A DNA stretch of 64,000 nt from Eledone cirrhosa (taxonomy: Eukaryota), in NCBI GenBank assembly GCA_964016885.1, contig OZ024759.1:16926001-16990000 (forward strand). Reading direction: 5' to 3'. The notes beneath the pieces were generated by a model, which was not told where the DNA came from, did not search any database, and was given only the letters and a program-made list of their open reading frames with translations. This document shows, piece after piece, positions 51,260 to 64,000 of the stretch; positions within the stretch are counted from its first letter, which is position 1, and every line of letters starts with the position of its first letter. The position numbers and the translations under genes were made by a program.

Positions 51260-52040
51260 AGACCTGAGAAACATCGTATGAGGTAGAACCTTGGATGAGG
51301 CCAGCTAAACCTACACAGGAGGTGTGAACTGTAACAACTTATATATTGGTGTGTGATAGAACTGGGGGTCCTGTCATTAAAATACCTGAGAAACATTCTA
51401 TGAGGCCAGCTAAATCTACATAGATATGAGCTGTAACAACTTATATATTGGTGTGTGATAGAACTGGGGGTCCTGTCATTAAAACACCTGAGAAACATTC
51501 TATGAGGCCAGCTAAATCTACATAGATATGAGCTGTAACAACTTATATATTGGTGTGTGATAGAACTGGGGGTCCTGTCATTAAAACACCTGAGAAACAT
51601 TCTATGAGGCCAGCTAAATCTACATAGATATGAGCTGTAACAACTTATATATTGGTGTGTGATAGAACTGGGGGTCCTGTCATTAAAACACCTGAGAAAC
51701 ATTCTATGAGGCCAGCTAAATCTACATAGATATGAGCTGTAACAACTTATATATTGGTGTGTGATAGAACTGGGGGTCCTGTCATTAAAACACCTGAGAA
51801 ACATTCTATGAGGCCAGCTAAATCTACATAGATATGAGCTGTAACAACTTATATATTGGTGTGTGATAGAACTGGGGGTCCTGTCATTAAAACACCTGAG
51901 AAACATTCTATGAGGCCAGCTAAATCTACATAGATATGAGCTGTAACAACATATATATTGGAATATAATACGACTGGGACCGCTATCATTAAGAAACATC
52001 TTAATAGATGTCCAGCTAAATATACATAGGTGTGAGCTAT
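51260..52040. repeat. 102-bp minisatellite, ~7 copies
   Basis: 34-aa periodic ORF; a further monomer at 50755-50855. Confidence 0.95.
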
Positions 52041-54738
52041 AAATTTCAGATTTTTATTTTTATTTTTATTTTTCACATACAGAAAGCAATGGGAGGAAGA
52101 GGAGACCAGAGTAGTAGTAGTAACAACAGCATACAAGATACATTCTTATAAACATTTTCTATAGTAATAATAATTGTTTCTACTTTTGGCACAAGGCCAT
52201 CAATTACCCAGTACATTACTGGTACTTTATAATAATAAAAACATATATTTTTTAAACATCTCATTACCAATAGCTACTACTAATGTTTGTTTAGCTAGGA
52301 CAAATGTAATGGGTACATATTTAAAAAAGGGGCTATCTGAAACCATCACCAGAACACTTTGTGTTTCTAGAATGGCAAATAGAAAAGAAAGTAGGCAAGC
52401 TTATATATTTCAAGACAATTTTTCAATTTTCCTGTGTTTTATTTTCAATTTTCTTTTTTATTTATCTTTATTTCTGGATGTATATATATATTTTTTCAAT
52501 ATATATATATATTGGAAGTTACAGAGTAGGTAGACCCAGAAAAACCTGGGACGATTTGATAAATTCCGACCTTACACCTCTCCAAGACAATGTCACGGGA
52601 CCGAGATCTTTGGTGCTACGCAGTAATACAGAAGACCCACCTTGCCTATGTACAAAGTGAAACCTAGTCAGTAGGTACCTCTTAACCAAATATATACCCC
52701 ATCCCACTACCCCTACTCCCTCCCACTCCCACCAACACCACCCCTTTCTCCGTAAAGTTATGTTGGTACCACAACATCCAGTCCAAAATAAATGAGGCCG
52801 TGTAGGTCTCACGACAAAAAAACACACAGTCCAGGCTGTAATGTGGCCGTGTAGGTAACATGGTAAAAACCTCCCAGTCCACACTGTAAATGTGGTTGGT
52901 GTTAGGAAGGGCATCCAGCCGTAGAAAAACCGCCAGTCAGTCCTATACGAGCGAGATATGGTCACCCGACCAATCTTGCCTCAAGTAGGACAATTCCCAT
53001 CTAAACCCATGCTAGCTTGGAAGATGGACGTTAAACGATGATGATGATGATGATACCAACCTACCACCCTCAATAATAGAAGCATGTTTAAATTAAATTC
53101 TATCAAATTCTCATTTCAAGCTCTTTGACTTCAAAAATCCTTATAACATCCACCAGAGCTAGAATTGTTGCATCAGCAGTAACTAAAATATTAAATATCT
53201 ATAGACTGATGTACAGAGAATTGGTTAGTCAGACATAAATATTTTCACAATGCTACTACATAGCAAAGATATTTCGAGATGTATCTATTGATTCCAGGGA
53301 TATTATTAATCAACTTTATCATTATTGTGAAGACGTGTAGCCTAGTGGTAAGTGATTGGACTTACAATCATAATGTCGTGGGTTCGATTCCTGGACTGGG
53401 TCGTTTGTTGTGTTCTTGAGCAAAACACTTCATTTCACATTGCTCCAGTATACTAAGCTGAAATGAGTACCAAGAATAGCTGAGATTAACTCTACAATGG
53501 ACTGGCATCCTGTCCAGGGGAAAGTCTTGTACTTTCAGCTGTTTAATGCTGTGGAAACCGGGATAAGCACCAACCTGTAGAGCTTCCAGGCTCAAGACAG
53601 ACTTTAGACATTATTGACATTATTTTTCATTCACTTTTTCAGGCTTGCATGGGTTGGGTGGGTCTTTTCCAACATACCCTCCCTCTACTTGCATTCCTTT
53701 ATTATCTCTGTGATCTTCAGCATTTTGACATCAGTTCTCAACACCTCTGCCCAGGTCTTCCTTGGACTTCCTTTGCTGTGGTTTCCTTCTACTGAAATTT
53801 CTTGGCACTTCTTCACTTGGTAATCATCATCCATACAAATGACATGTCCATACCAACAGTCTTCTCTTTTGCGCACTAACTCTGATTCCTCACATAACCT
53901 GTTTTTCTCTCAATTCATTGAGGTTTTGCTATTCATGCACACTAACATTGTATATCAATCAATCATGCTCACATCCATGTGATCCTCTTAGGTTCAGTAA
54001 TGCACCTTTTAGACAGCAAGCCTTGGTAGTAGTAGTACCAGTAGTACCTTGGTAGTAGTAGTACCAGTTCTGGCTATCCACACCTTAATTAACAGGCATA
54101 AAAATCTCATAGATTTGATATGCGAGATAAATCCTTTACCACGAAAATACAATAGTATATGTAGAGTAATGTAAATGCTAAAGGGTTAAACTTCTGAGTG
54201 TGGTGTGATTTAGATTAAATTTTTAATATATATATTTTGCTTTTGTTGAAAGCACATTTCTAAAAAAATTTAACCCTTTCTTTTTCATATTTGCCATTTC
54301 TTTTTCATATTTGCCATTTCTATAAACACAATTTCTCACCTGCTCAGTAGCATCCATATATACCTAAAAAATTGGATGCATTGATTAGTAGGTAAAACAT
54401 AGAAACATAAAAAAAGTAAAAATAAACAACATGAGAAAATATGCCAAGTTAAAGCTAAAAGAATTTGTGAATTCCCACACACACACAGACAGACACAATG
54501 AGGTTAATTCATGTGAGGGCTGAAATGAAATGACAAAAATTTGCTTTGAAAAATATTTTAGTTTTTTCCCCATTTTGTTTCAATTGAAAAGAACAATGCT
54601 GAATACAGATATGTCATTCATGGACACTTAGCTCTTGCTGGAAGTGTAGGGGCACCATCTTGACATATGGCGTGTCTTGGGCAGTTAAACCTGGCAAAGC
54701 TTATCCCTATCCAGGTCTGAACACAGTCAATTTCTTCC

Positions 54739-54744
<6 letters not shown>

Positions 54745-54814
<70 letters not shown>

Positions 54815-55020
54815 TGAGAGAGAAAGTGAGAGAGAAAGTGAGAGAGAGAGTGAGAGAGAGAAGTGAGAAATGAGAAATGAGAAATGAGAAATGAGAAAGA
54901 GAAATGAGAAAGAGAAATGAGAAAGAGAAATGAGAAAGAGAAATGAGAAAGAGAAATGAGAAAGAGAAATGAGAAAGAGAAATGAGAAAGAGAAATGAGG
55001 AAGAGAAATGAGGAAGAGAT
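54745..55020. repeat. (GA)n grading into GAGAAAT/GAGAAA compound microsatellite
   Basis: Direct inspection. Confidence 0.95.
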
Positions 55021-55140
55021 ATAGAGGAAGAATTGACCACTCAGTACTGGACTGGTACTTTTATATCGACCTCAAAAAGATGAAAGGCAAAGTTGACCTC
55101 ACCAGAATTTGAAAAGAACATCTACGTGTGTACATATGTA

Positions 55141-55176
<36 letters not shown>

Positions 55177-55254
55177 GATAGATTATATATATATATATTA
55201 TATATCATTAGCTTCATCATTTTACGTCCATTGTTCCACATGTGCATAAAGAAC

Positions 55255-55760
55255 TGTCGGCAGCACGATGCTCTTGTACAGGCGGAGCTTGGTCTTGGTG
55301 CTAATGTACAAGAGCATCGTGCTGCCAACAGTGCTTTATGCGAGCGAGACCTGGAAGAGTACAGCAAATATAGAGACACAGTTGAATGCTTTCCACCAGC
55401 GGTGCCTGCGAAAGATCCTTCATGTGTCCTGGCGCGACCGAGTGCGAAACGAGGAGATCCTGCGGAGCACCGAGTCGTGGACGCTACAGAGAGGGGTCAC
55501 GGAGTGCCGGTGCCGTCTGGGCTGGCCATATTCTGCGTCTGCCAAATGAACGGCATTCGAAAACAGCGATGAACTGGACTCCGCCTGGCAGTAAATGGAG
55601 GCGGGGTTGCCCAAGAATCACCTGGCAACGAATGTTCCGGAAGGACCTAATGGCAGCCAACATCACCTGGCATGGTCTCGTAAAAGTTGCTGCTGATCGT
55701 GACCATTGGTGAGTACTTATTGCTGGATGCGCCGAACAGCGCGGAAGAATCTAAGACTAA
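55255..55760 (+). mobile_element. GC-rich RTE-like LINE 3' fragment
   Basis: LYASETW, AFHQRCLRKIL, WAGHILR, RRGCPRITW; TAAGAC tail. Confidence 0.85.
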
Positions 55761-56013
55761 GTTCCACACGTGCATGGGTTGGACAGGTCTTTCTCAGTGC
55801 AGTATCTCACCACTTGTCGCATTCCTTTGGCATCTCTTCAGTGAGCTTTAGCAAGCTGAGATAAGCTCTCACTTCTTCCATCCAGATCTTCCTTGGTTTT
55901 CATCTACCATGGCCTCCCTCCACTGGGATTACTTGGCACTTGTTCACCTAGTGATTATCATCCATGCACACACACTCACATATATGTATGTATGTGTGTG
56001 TATAAATATATAG

Positions 56014-56197
56014 AGAGAAAATTGAGGTTGGTAATGGCACATGGAATATATAAGAGACAGAATACTTTTTTGTGAAAAAACATATAATTTTATAAGGTAA
56101 GGAAATTTCCTTACCTTATAAAATTATATGTTTTTTCACAAAAAAGTATTCTGTCTCTTATATATTCCATGTGCCATTACCAACCTCAATTTTCTCT
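56014..56197. repeat. Perfect 184-bp palindrome with no spacer
   Basis: Axis GGAAA|TTTCC at 56105/56106; 92-bp arms. Confidence 0.95.
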
Positions 56198-56228
56198 ATA
56201 ACCTTCGTTTTGTGTAGAAAATTACACT

Positions 56229-56264
<36 letters not shown>

Positions 56265-56592
56265 CCTAAGTTTATATGGTTCGTTGATTATTCAACAAAT
56301 ACAATTTTACAATAGATTAGAAGCACTCGACAGAAAACTTTTCTTTAAGTTTATCATATTATTTGTGGTATAAAAACGTTGAGGGTTGGTGAAATAAATC
56401 ACTGCCACTATTGGAATTGATTAATCAAAACTGTAGCAGTATGTTGCATAGCCAATCTCTTATATATTTTATCTGATGAAAACGTACTTAAACACCATTG
56501 TACCTTTGAAATATGTTTCATAAAATATAGATTTTGATTATGAGAATATTTTTCATTTATTAATATTTTGAATAATATTATATATATATATA

Positions 56593-56925
56593 TGGAGGCA
56601 CATGGCTCAGTGGTTAGAGCATTGGCCTTGCAATCGAAAGGTTGTGAGTTCAATTCTCAGACCGGGTGATGTGTTGTTTCCTTGAGCAAGACACTTTATT
56701 TCACATTGCTCCAGTTTACTCAGCTGTAGAAATGAGATGATAGGGACTGGGGTCCATATCATTCTACTGTTAAGTGGTCGTGGAGGTGCCACGGCAAAAA
56801 AGCACCCAGCACTCACTGTAAATGAGGTTGGTGTTAGGAAGGGCATCCAGCTGTAGAAATCAAGCCAGAATCAGTTCCCGTCCCACCCATGCAAGCAGGG
56901 AAAAGCGGACGTAAAATGATGATAT
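56593..56925 (+). mobile_element. tRNA-derived CORE-type SINE (minus copy at 62315-62655)
   Basis: TGGCTCAGTGG / GAGTTCAATTC boxes; same family as 28245 and 28873. Confidence 0.88.
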
Positions 56926-57734
56926 ATATATATATATATATATGAGGGGGGCTTCTAAAAGTCTGTGAAAAAAGTACAGAGCTAAAAGTCATATGCAGGG
57001 ATTTTGATGTCAATGCACCCAGATGTTCTCAAATTGACGTGTCATAACATGAACCCTTAAATCCATGTTGCAATGTGGTGCTGCCAGTCGGAGGTCAGCA
57101 GCCACTCGAGCAACATGGCCTCCATCAAAACATCAAATTCATGGTTTATCTCTTAGTTCATTTATTCATTAACAGTAATATAAAAAATAATGACTATATT
57201 TTTTTAAACAAGGGTTTCAAATTTCATATAGCTTAGGGCCTCAGCAGGTAAAATCTGGCTCTTTATTAACTCTTAACAACCTGTTCAAATATGTAGAACT
57301 AAGTCTAAATCTTAAGGCAGTCCCGAGCCTGGAGGATCATCAGACCAGTGCTGACCAGTGCTTATCCTGGTTTCCATGGCATGAAGCAATTGAGAGTACA
57401 AGACTTACTCCTGGACAGGATGCTAGTCCACCACAGGCTTAAAGTCAGTCTTGAGTCCAGAGGTTCATCAGACCAGTGCTGACCAGTGCTTATCCTGGTT
57501 TCCATGGCATGAAGCAATTGAGAATACAAGACTTACTCCTGGACAGGATGCTAGTCCACCACAGGCTTAAAGTCAGTCTCGAGCGAGCCCAGAGGTTAAT
57601 CAGGTCGGTCTTATCCCAGTTTCCATGGCGTGAAGTAACAGAGTACAATACTCCCTTCACTTTGCTACAAACAGTAAAACAGAATAACAAAACTAAACGA
57701 TGAAGAATTCACCAGTAATTGAGAATATACTCAC

Positions 57735-57887
57735 CCCAGAGAGGTCCTTATCTTGCTCTGGTGGTGGGGCAACAGCATCATTTGCATTTAATATTGGGAT
57801 GATGTTTAGTCGAATCAACTCTGATAAGGTACTATGCAAATTCTTACGGCTTTCCTCATTGCTGAAGTCAGGTTTGGTCACTAACAC
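57735..57887 (-). CDS. ALDH18A1: P5CS coding exon 4
   Basis: VLVTKPDF...IIPILNANDAVAPPPEQDKDLSG; AG/GT bounded; 153 nt. Confidence 0.95.
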
Positions 57888-58864
57888 CTAAATATTTTAA
57901 AAACAAAAATATGGCTAAAATAGGATTTATTTTTGAAGAACACAATTTACAAATGTGATAGAAATAAAAAGAATAAAAGGAAAAGAAAGAAAAAAATGTT
58001 AAATATGAGAAAAGAAATGAGGAGGTGGTGAGTTGGCAGTCATTAGAATATCAGATAGAATGCTTTAAGGTATTCGTTTTGACTCTCTGCTCTCTGAGTT
58101 CAAATCCTGCCGAAGTCAACTTTGCCTTTCATCCTTTTGAGATTGATAAAAAAAAATACCAGTTAAGTACTGGGGTCAATTCTTCCTTTATATCTCTTTA
58201 TCACTTCCATTCTCTCACTTTCTATCCTTCTCTGGAATAAATCTGCTGTATTCAGACCTGGAGGGCAGATGGACTCCACCAGGTTTTAAAAAATCCCTAG
58301 AAATGCTGTATGTCAATACAGCATCCCTATGACTCCCTTGGGAGTTATGAGACCATGAATGCATGCATTTGTAACATAACTTAGCAAAAGGTTTTTGTAT
58401 ATGATTACACTTGAAGATTATAATTTAAGATAGAGTGGTTTAGTTTTATAGAATCAGAGGTAGTTTGCTGTAGTTTCATATCAAAAAGGTTTGAAAATAA
58501 GTTTCTTTTTTTTCTCTCACTTTTCTTTTGACTGAACTTTGTTAGATATTTCGCATATATTCTTCTGGACTTTGATAAACACATTATCATCATCCTCATT
58601 ATTATTATTATCATTATTATTACCATCTTATCACAGCCATTGTGAACTTTACCCTGAAAGTCTATGTTACTGTTAATAAGGTTCTGGCTTTCACTAAGAT
58701 AATAAGAGAAGAATTTCTTTTTAATTTTATTTTTAAAAACATCTGTCAGCTATTTAGTACTCCTTGCAGTAAAGAGGTTAACACACATAAATATGGAAAC
58801 ATAGACATAAAATTATGATGATGGTGGTAGGTTATATGCTGAATTAGTTTTAACTAGCACCCTA

Positions 58865-59420
58865 CTGTTATGAGGTGGTGCTGGTGCCATGATAAAATGC
58901 ACCCAGTCCAATCTGTAAAGTGGTAGCACTGGTGCCATGATGAAATGCATCCAGCTCACCCTGTAATGTGATGGTGCCATGACAAAAAGCCCCCAGCTCA
59001 CCCTGTAATGTGGTAGTGTTGGTGCCATGATAAAATGCATCCAGCTCAAGCTGTAATGTGGTAGTACTGATGCTATGATAAAATGCACCCACTCCACCCT
59101 GTAAAGTAATGGTGCTGATGCCATGATAAAAAGCAGCCGGTTCACCTTATAAGGTGGTAGTGCAGGTGCCATGACAAAAAGCACCCCATCCAGTCTCTAG
59201 GGTCACAGTGCTGGTGCCAAAGCAAAAGGCACCCAGTCCACCCTGTAAGGTGGTAGTGCTGGTGACAATAAAAAGACATCCAGTCCACCCTGTAAGGTGG
59301 TAGTGCTGGTGACAATAAAAAGACATCCAGTCCACCCTGTAAGGTGGTTGCACTGGAATCATGATAAAATGCTTGTGATATACATTGTAAAGTAGTTGGC
59401 ATTAGGAAGAGCATCCAGCT
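58865..59420 (+). repeat. Degenerate ~48-bp tandem array inside an old SINE body
   Basis: GGTGCCATGAYAAAA-GCACCCAGTCCACCCTGTAA-GTGGT recurs ~11 times. Confidence 0.8.
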
Positions 59421-59934
59421 GTTGAAACCAAGCTATAAACAGAATACAAGCAGGATATAGTCAACTGACCAGTAGAGCCTGAGTACATGACAGCCTGTCT
59501 AACACATGGAAAACAAACATTAACCCTTTAGCATTTACATTACTCTATATTTACTATTATATTTTCACGATAAAGGCTTTATCTCATATAATTATCTCAC
59601 ATAATATCAAATCTACGAGATTTTGATAATATTTATTTTGAGACGAATACCTTAACATCAGTATCAGTAGTAAGTTACAGCCAGTTTGAACAGATAGAGG
59701 TGAGAGAATTCTAGCCAGATATGGCCAGTTTAAGTGTTAAAGTATTAAGGTTTTCCTCAGTAAGCTGACATTTAGAACATTACTTAACAAAATTTGTAAA
59801 AGAAAATTATGATAAATGATTCACAAATCATTAACAGTGACTTTCCTTTAAAAAAAAATGGTAATGAAGGAATTAATAACACTGTCGTGTTAATGATGTT
59901 AATGAATAAAATATATATTGGAATGATGACTTAC

Positions 59935-60039
59935 CTGAGCAGTCCTTACTCCATACTGGATAAACATCTGCTCATAAAGAGACATTAAACCACTTTGACC
60001 AGTTGCAGCACAGGCTCGTGGTTCAATTAGGGATTTGCT
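59935..60039 (-). CDS. ALDH18A1: P5CS coding exon 3
   Basis: [35 protein letters not shown]; AG/GT bounded; 105 nt. Confidence 0.95.
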
Positions 60040-60708
60040 CTGAAATTATTAAAAGTTAAATGTGTCATGTGATGAAGAAACAGCTGACATTTAAAGCAAG
60101 GCCCTTCAAAAGATAAAAGGTTTATAGCTTTAAACTACTTATATTTATTCATATGTACTGTGTGTATCCCATTTAGAATCCATCTTACTGTATTCCTGTG
60201 AATCAATGTCAGTGACAATATTAATCACCAAAGCTTTAGATGGTTGCCACACCTGAATCCTAAGAAAGATAAAAACATCAAACCTCTTAGCCATACCATC
60301 CCTGTCAGGTGTCTTCAACTTGCAGGTCATATCATGAAAGGCAACAAATCTGCTACAAAACTTTTTACTATAGGAGCCGATTAATGTGAAACACAAACTC
60401 GGAAGACCTCTCAAGACATTAAAGAGAGTCATTGAGGAAGATACAGAATTATCTAGTGAAGAACTGAGACAGTTAGTGTGGGATCATGTGAGATGGAAAG
60501 GTTTTATCATGTCAACACAAAGAGGTAGATGACTTTAGTAGTAGTTAATAGTAAGTGTTAATTATTTGAAATAGAGTTTATTTTCTTAGAAAATTGGTAA
60601 TGAAGGGGCTAATTAATTGAAATAGAATATATTTCATGAGGCTTATGAGCATGAAAGTGTTAAAATTCTTTGGTAATATGAAATGTTGTGTTAAAACAAC
60701 AAACTTAC

Positions 60709-60852
60709 CTTTGATTCATAATTGGCAAGAGTCATGGTCTGTCGCATACTCATTGACATAAGAATTTCTTGCTGTAACTTTTGCTTACCATATGCTACAG
60801 CACCACTTGTTACCATTAATACTTCTTTACCTTGGTTCTGTAACTCTGACAC
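60709..60852 (-). CDS. ALDH18A1: P5CS coding exon 2
   Basis: [26 protein letters not shown]...; ttttacag-type acceptor and gtaagt donor; 144 nt; not in ORF track, translated manually. Confidence 0.95.
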
Positions 60853-61479
60853 CTGTAAAGGTTAATGTGCATTCAAAAACTTGAATTAGAGATGCTAGGA
60901 TCATAAATACACAACATACTCACACCCCTCATACACCAGTGGCATTAGATACTTTAAAATTAAATATACTCCATATGTGCACCCAATATACCCTACAGTC
61001 ATTGTAGATAATTTGAACACACCATACACACACCCAGCATTAGAGATATTTAAAAATTAAATATACACCATACGCACACCCAACGTACCCTAAAGTTGTT
61101 ATAAATGCTTTGAACATAAATACACAACATGCACACCTAAATATGCAACACACCCCCAGATACTTCGAACATTACGCAGCATACATACTCTAGAGTCACA
61201 ATAGATTTTTGAACATAAATATGCTATATGCACATACACACACACACATTATTCCCCAGAGGCAGTATACATGCTTTGAACATAAATACACAACATACAC
61301 AAGCACCCAGCATATGCCAGAGCTATCCAGAGGTATCCAGCAGCAGAAATCTAAACCAGAAATGGAGCATACAAGAAAGATCTGGTTACCTAACTCGTCT
61401 AGCCTCAGTACATAACCCATCTAAGCCATGAAGGATGGGGTATCAACATTTAATGATGCAATGATCTTATTCTACTCAC

Positions 61480-61788
61480 CTGTTCAACAATAGAGGCAAG
61501 ACGGCCAAGAGCAATGCCACATTCATCATCTCGAGTTATCACTGCACTGCCCAGTTTCACTACAACACGTTTGGCATGGAGAAGGTCCTGGCGATAGAGA
61601 AAGCTGCCTGCACATGGTACATGTGACAGTGATAAGTTCCGTTTAGTTAGCTGTTGTATGTAACTCTTATGAACTGGAGACACATAATGCTGGGTAGATT
61701 TTTCAAGACAAAGATGTCTACCGGTTGCCAGTCGACGGCAAAAAGCCTGTTGCAGGCAGACTACCGAAGATAGTTTCCTTGTATACAT
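61480..61788 (-). CDS. ALDH18A1: P5CS coding exon 1 (putative mitochondrial presequence + start of glutamate 5-kinase domain)
   Basis: ATG at 61788 (MYTRKLSS...), [33 protein letters not shown] donor; 309 nt; AG acceptor 8 nt upstream of the ATG implies an upstream non-coding exon. Confidence 0.9.
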
Positions 61789-61934
61789 GTTTAAATCTGA
61801 AACAACATTAAAATATGGATAATGAAGCAGCAAAGAAAGAGAGAACTATTATGGTCTGGAAAATGAACTGAACAAAATATTTTCATTTCCTTCAAATGAA
61901 AACTATTCTCAATAATACCCCTATACCAGTAATA

Positions 61935-62171
61935 TCTATATCTCTATATATATATATATAAACAAAACTGTATGTCTGTATGCAGGTGGTGCATTTCCAT
62001 CAAGTTTTGTTCAAATTTGATATATAGGTTATTTAGCTCCCGGAGCATGTCATCATATAGTTTAAATCTTTCTCTCCCCTAAAATAACAGAGTTCTGGGG
62101 CTATTTAAAGGCATCCCATGTTGAGGAAAGAGGGGTGTTTTATTTACAGCAATGATGGGCACTTTTGCTAG
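61935..62171 (+). mobile_element. Possible non-autonomous Helitron
   Basis: TCTATAT..(TA)n..TGTATGTCTGTATG start and ...GGGCACTTTTGCTAG-T end. Confidence 0.4.
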
Positions 62172-62679
62172 TGTTAAATAGAAGTCAAATTTAATCAATG
62201 GTGACTTCCAGTGAGTACCACTTACAATAGATCTCGTATGAAGAGAAATTAAAATATCTATTCATCCAATTCATTGGATTCAATTTACATGCCCTGTTCA
62301 CACAGACACACATCATCATCATCATCATCATTTTACGTCCGCTTTTCCCTGCTTGCAGGGGTGGGACGGGAACTGATTCTGGCTTGATTTCTACAGCTGG
62401 ATGCCCTTCCTAACACCAACCTCATTTACAGTGAGTGCTGGGTGCTTTTTTGCCGTGGCACCTCCACGACCACTTTGCAGTGGAATGATATGGACCCCAG
62501 TCCCTATCATCTCATTTCTACAGCTGAGTAAACTGGAGCAATGTGAAATAAAGTGTCTTGCTCAAGGAAACAACACATCACCTGGTCTGGGAATTGAACT
62601 CACAACCTTTCGATTGCAAGGCCAATGCTCTAACCACTAAGCCATGTGCCTCCATATATATATATATACACATATATAT

Positions 62680-63450
62680 ATAAAGAGTAGGCATAAACTC
62701 TATACAATGTACACAATGTAACTCTTGGATACTCAAGATTAGTAATGCGATAACAAGTAGACTAAGAGGAAGGGAAGACGTATGTAGAAGATGCACAGGG
62801 GTAATTGATGGAGAGCGTCAATAATATAAAGCTTTGCCAATCACACGAAGGATCCATAGAAGTGGTTGATAGCGCCTGCTCTCTAGGTGACCTAGTTAAC
62901 AGGGGTGGAGGGTGCTCTGCGAGTATAATAGCTAGAATAAGGATAGGATGGAAGAAGTTTAGAGAGCTACTCCCACTGTTGACAACAAAAAATTTCAAAC
63001 CCTATGTACAAAAGGATGTCTGTATGATGCCTGTGTGTGAAGTGCGATGCTACATGGTAGTGAAACATGGGCAGTGACTGCAGAAGGCATGCATAGGATG
63101 GAGAGAAATGAAGCAACCATGCGTCGCTGGATGTACAATGTAAATGTGAGAGAAAGGCAGAGTTTGGATGAACTGAGGGAGAAGCTGGGTTAAAGAGGAA
63201 TCTGAGGTAGTGTGCAGAAGAAAAATACTGCATTAGTATGGACATGTAATGATCATTGGCTGAAAAAGTGCACGGAAATCCTAGTGAATGGAAGTTGCTG
63301 TAGAGGTAGACCAAGGAAGACCTGGGCGGAGGTGGTGAGATCTGATCTTAAATCGCTGAGACTCACAGAGGAGATGACTAAGAAACGTGGCGAATAGAGA
63401 GATGCTGTGCTGAAAAATACCCGTCCAACCCATGCAAGCATGGAAAAAAA
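62680..63450 (+). mobile_element. Degraded RTE-like LINE 3' fragment
   Basis: ARIRIGWKKFRELLPLL, GRPRKTW. Confidence 0.8.
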
Positions 63451-64000
63451 TGGACGAGATGATGATAATACATATTATATTACTTCGTTTAGATCTGATA
63501 ATTTTCGATAATAATGAGTAAAAACGATAATCTTAAAATATTATCAAAATGTAAGTTAAGCTCATGCTTGCGTGGGAAAAGGACGTTAAACGATGATGAT
63601 CATCTCTGCAAAATATTGCAGATTATTGAGAAAATTATGAAGAAACCAAAACAGGTTTCGGCACTAAACTAGCCACACGCAGACGATCTGACAATTTTTA
63701 CACCGTATATATAATAATAATGAAACTATTGTGTACAGTGCTCAGGTGCACTACAACTCATCAAAAGTGTATGTATAGTACATAGGGTAATGTACAAACG
63801 TCAGGAAAATGAACAGTGCATGGGTCATGATGTGCTTGTGTATGGAAGGGGGACATCAGGTGTAAAGAATCCAGTGAATTGAACAAGATATTTTCGTTTT
63901 CTTCATTCGAGATCTATTGTCAATCTTATATATACCCTTCCAGCTTCTTTATTTACAAAGTTGGCCGTTGAGCCTAATTAGATAGAATACTCAATCATTA

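Noticed and set aside
56593-56670. tRNA-Cys-like gene (TTGCAAT loop)
   Set aside because: It is the head of a multi-copy SINE, continuing into CORE and tail; acceptor stem not intact
61789-61833. N-terminal extension of the 61450-61833 ORF
   Set aside because: Non-ATG start and crosses an AG acceptor at 61797-61798; ATG 61788 gives a plausible presequence and ortholog-like length

Overview
AT-rich, repeat-dense eukaryotic (animal) DNA. The SINE families and (GAT/CAT)n tails suggest an octopus-like cephalopod (inference). The only clear host protein gene is a 14-coding-exon delta-1-pyrroline-5-carboxylate synthase (P5CS/ALDH18A1) on the minus strand, 61788->26819. All exon phases join into 2364 nt, i.e. 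787 aa plus stop. Its introns hold a nearly intact D,D34D mariner, CORE- and Meta-type SINEs, RTE/CR1/Penelope fragments, TTAA-type MITEs and many minisatellites. The first ~20 kb is different: a mosaic of one unrecognised modular sequence family in tandem and inverted copies. Its centre is a ~5.5 kb palindrome (8081-13539) whose GC-rich axis is an array of hairpins nested in hairpins. The modules carry NRF1/YY1-like motifs, splice-site-like signals and a repeated terminal-exon-like block ending in AATAAA. This region is the best candidate for an undescribed system, but its function is inferred, not shown.
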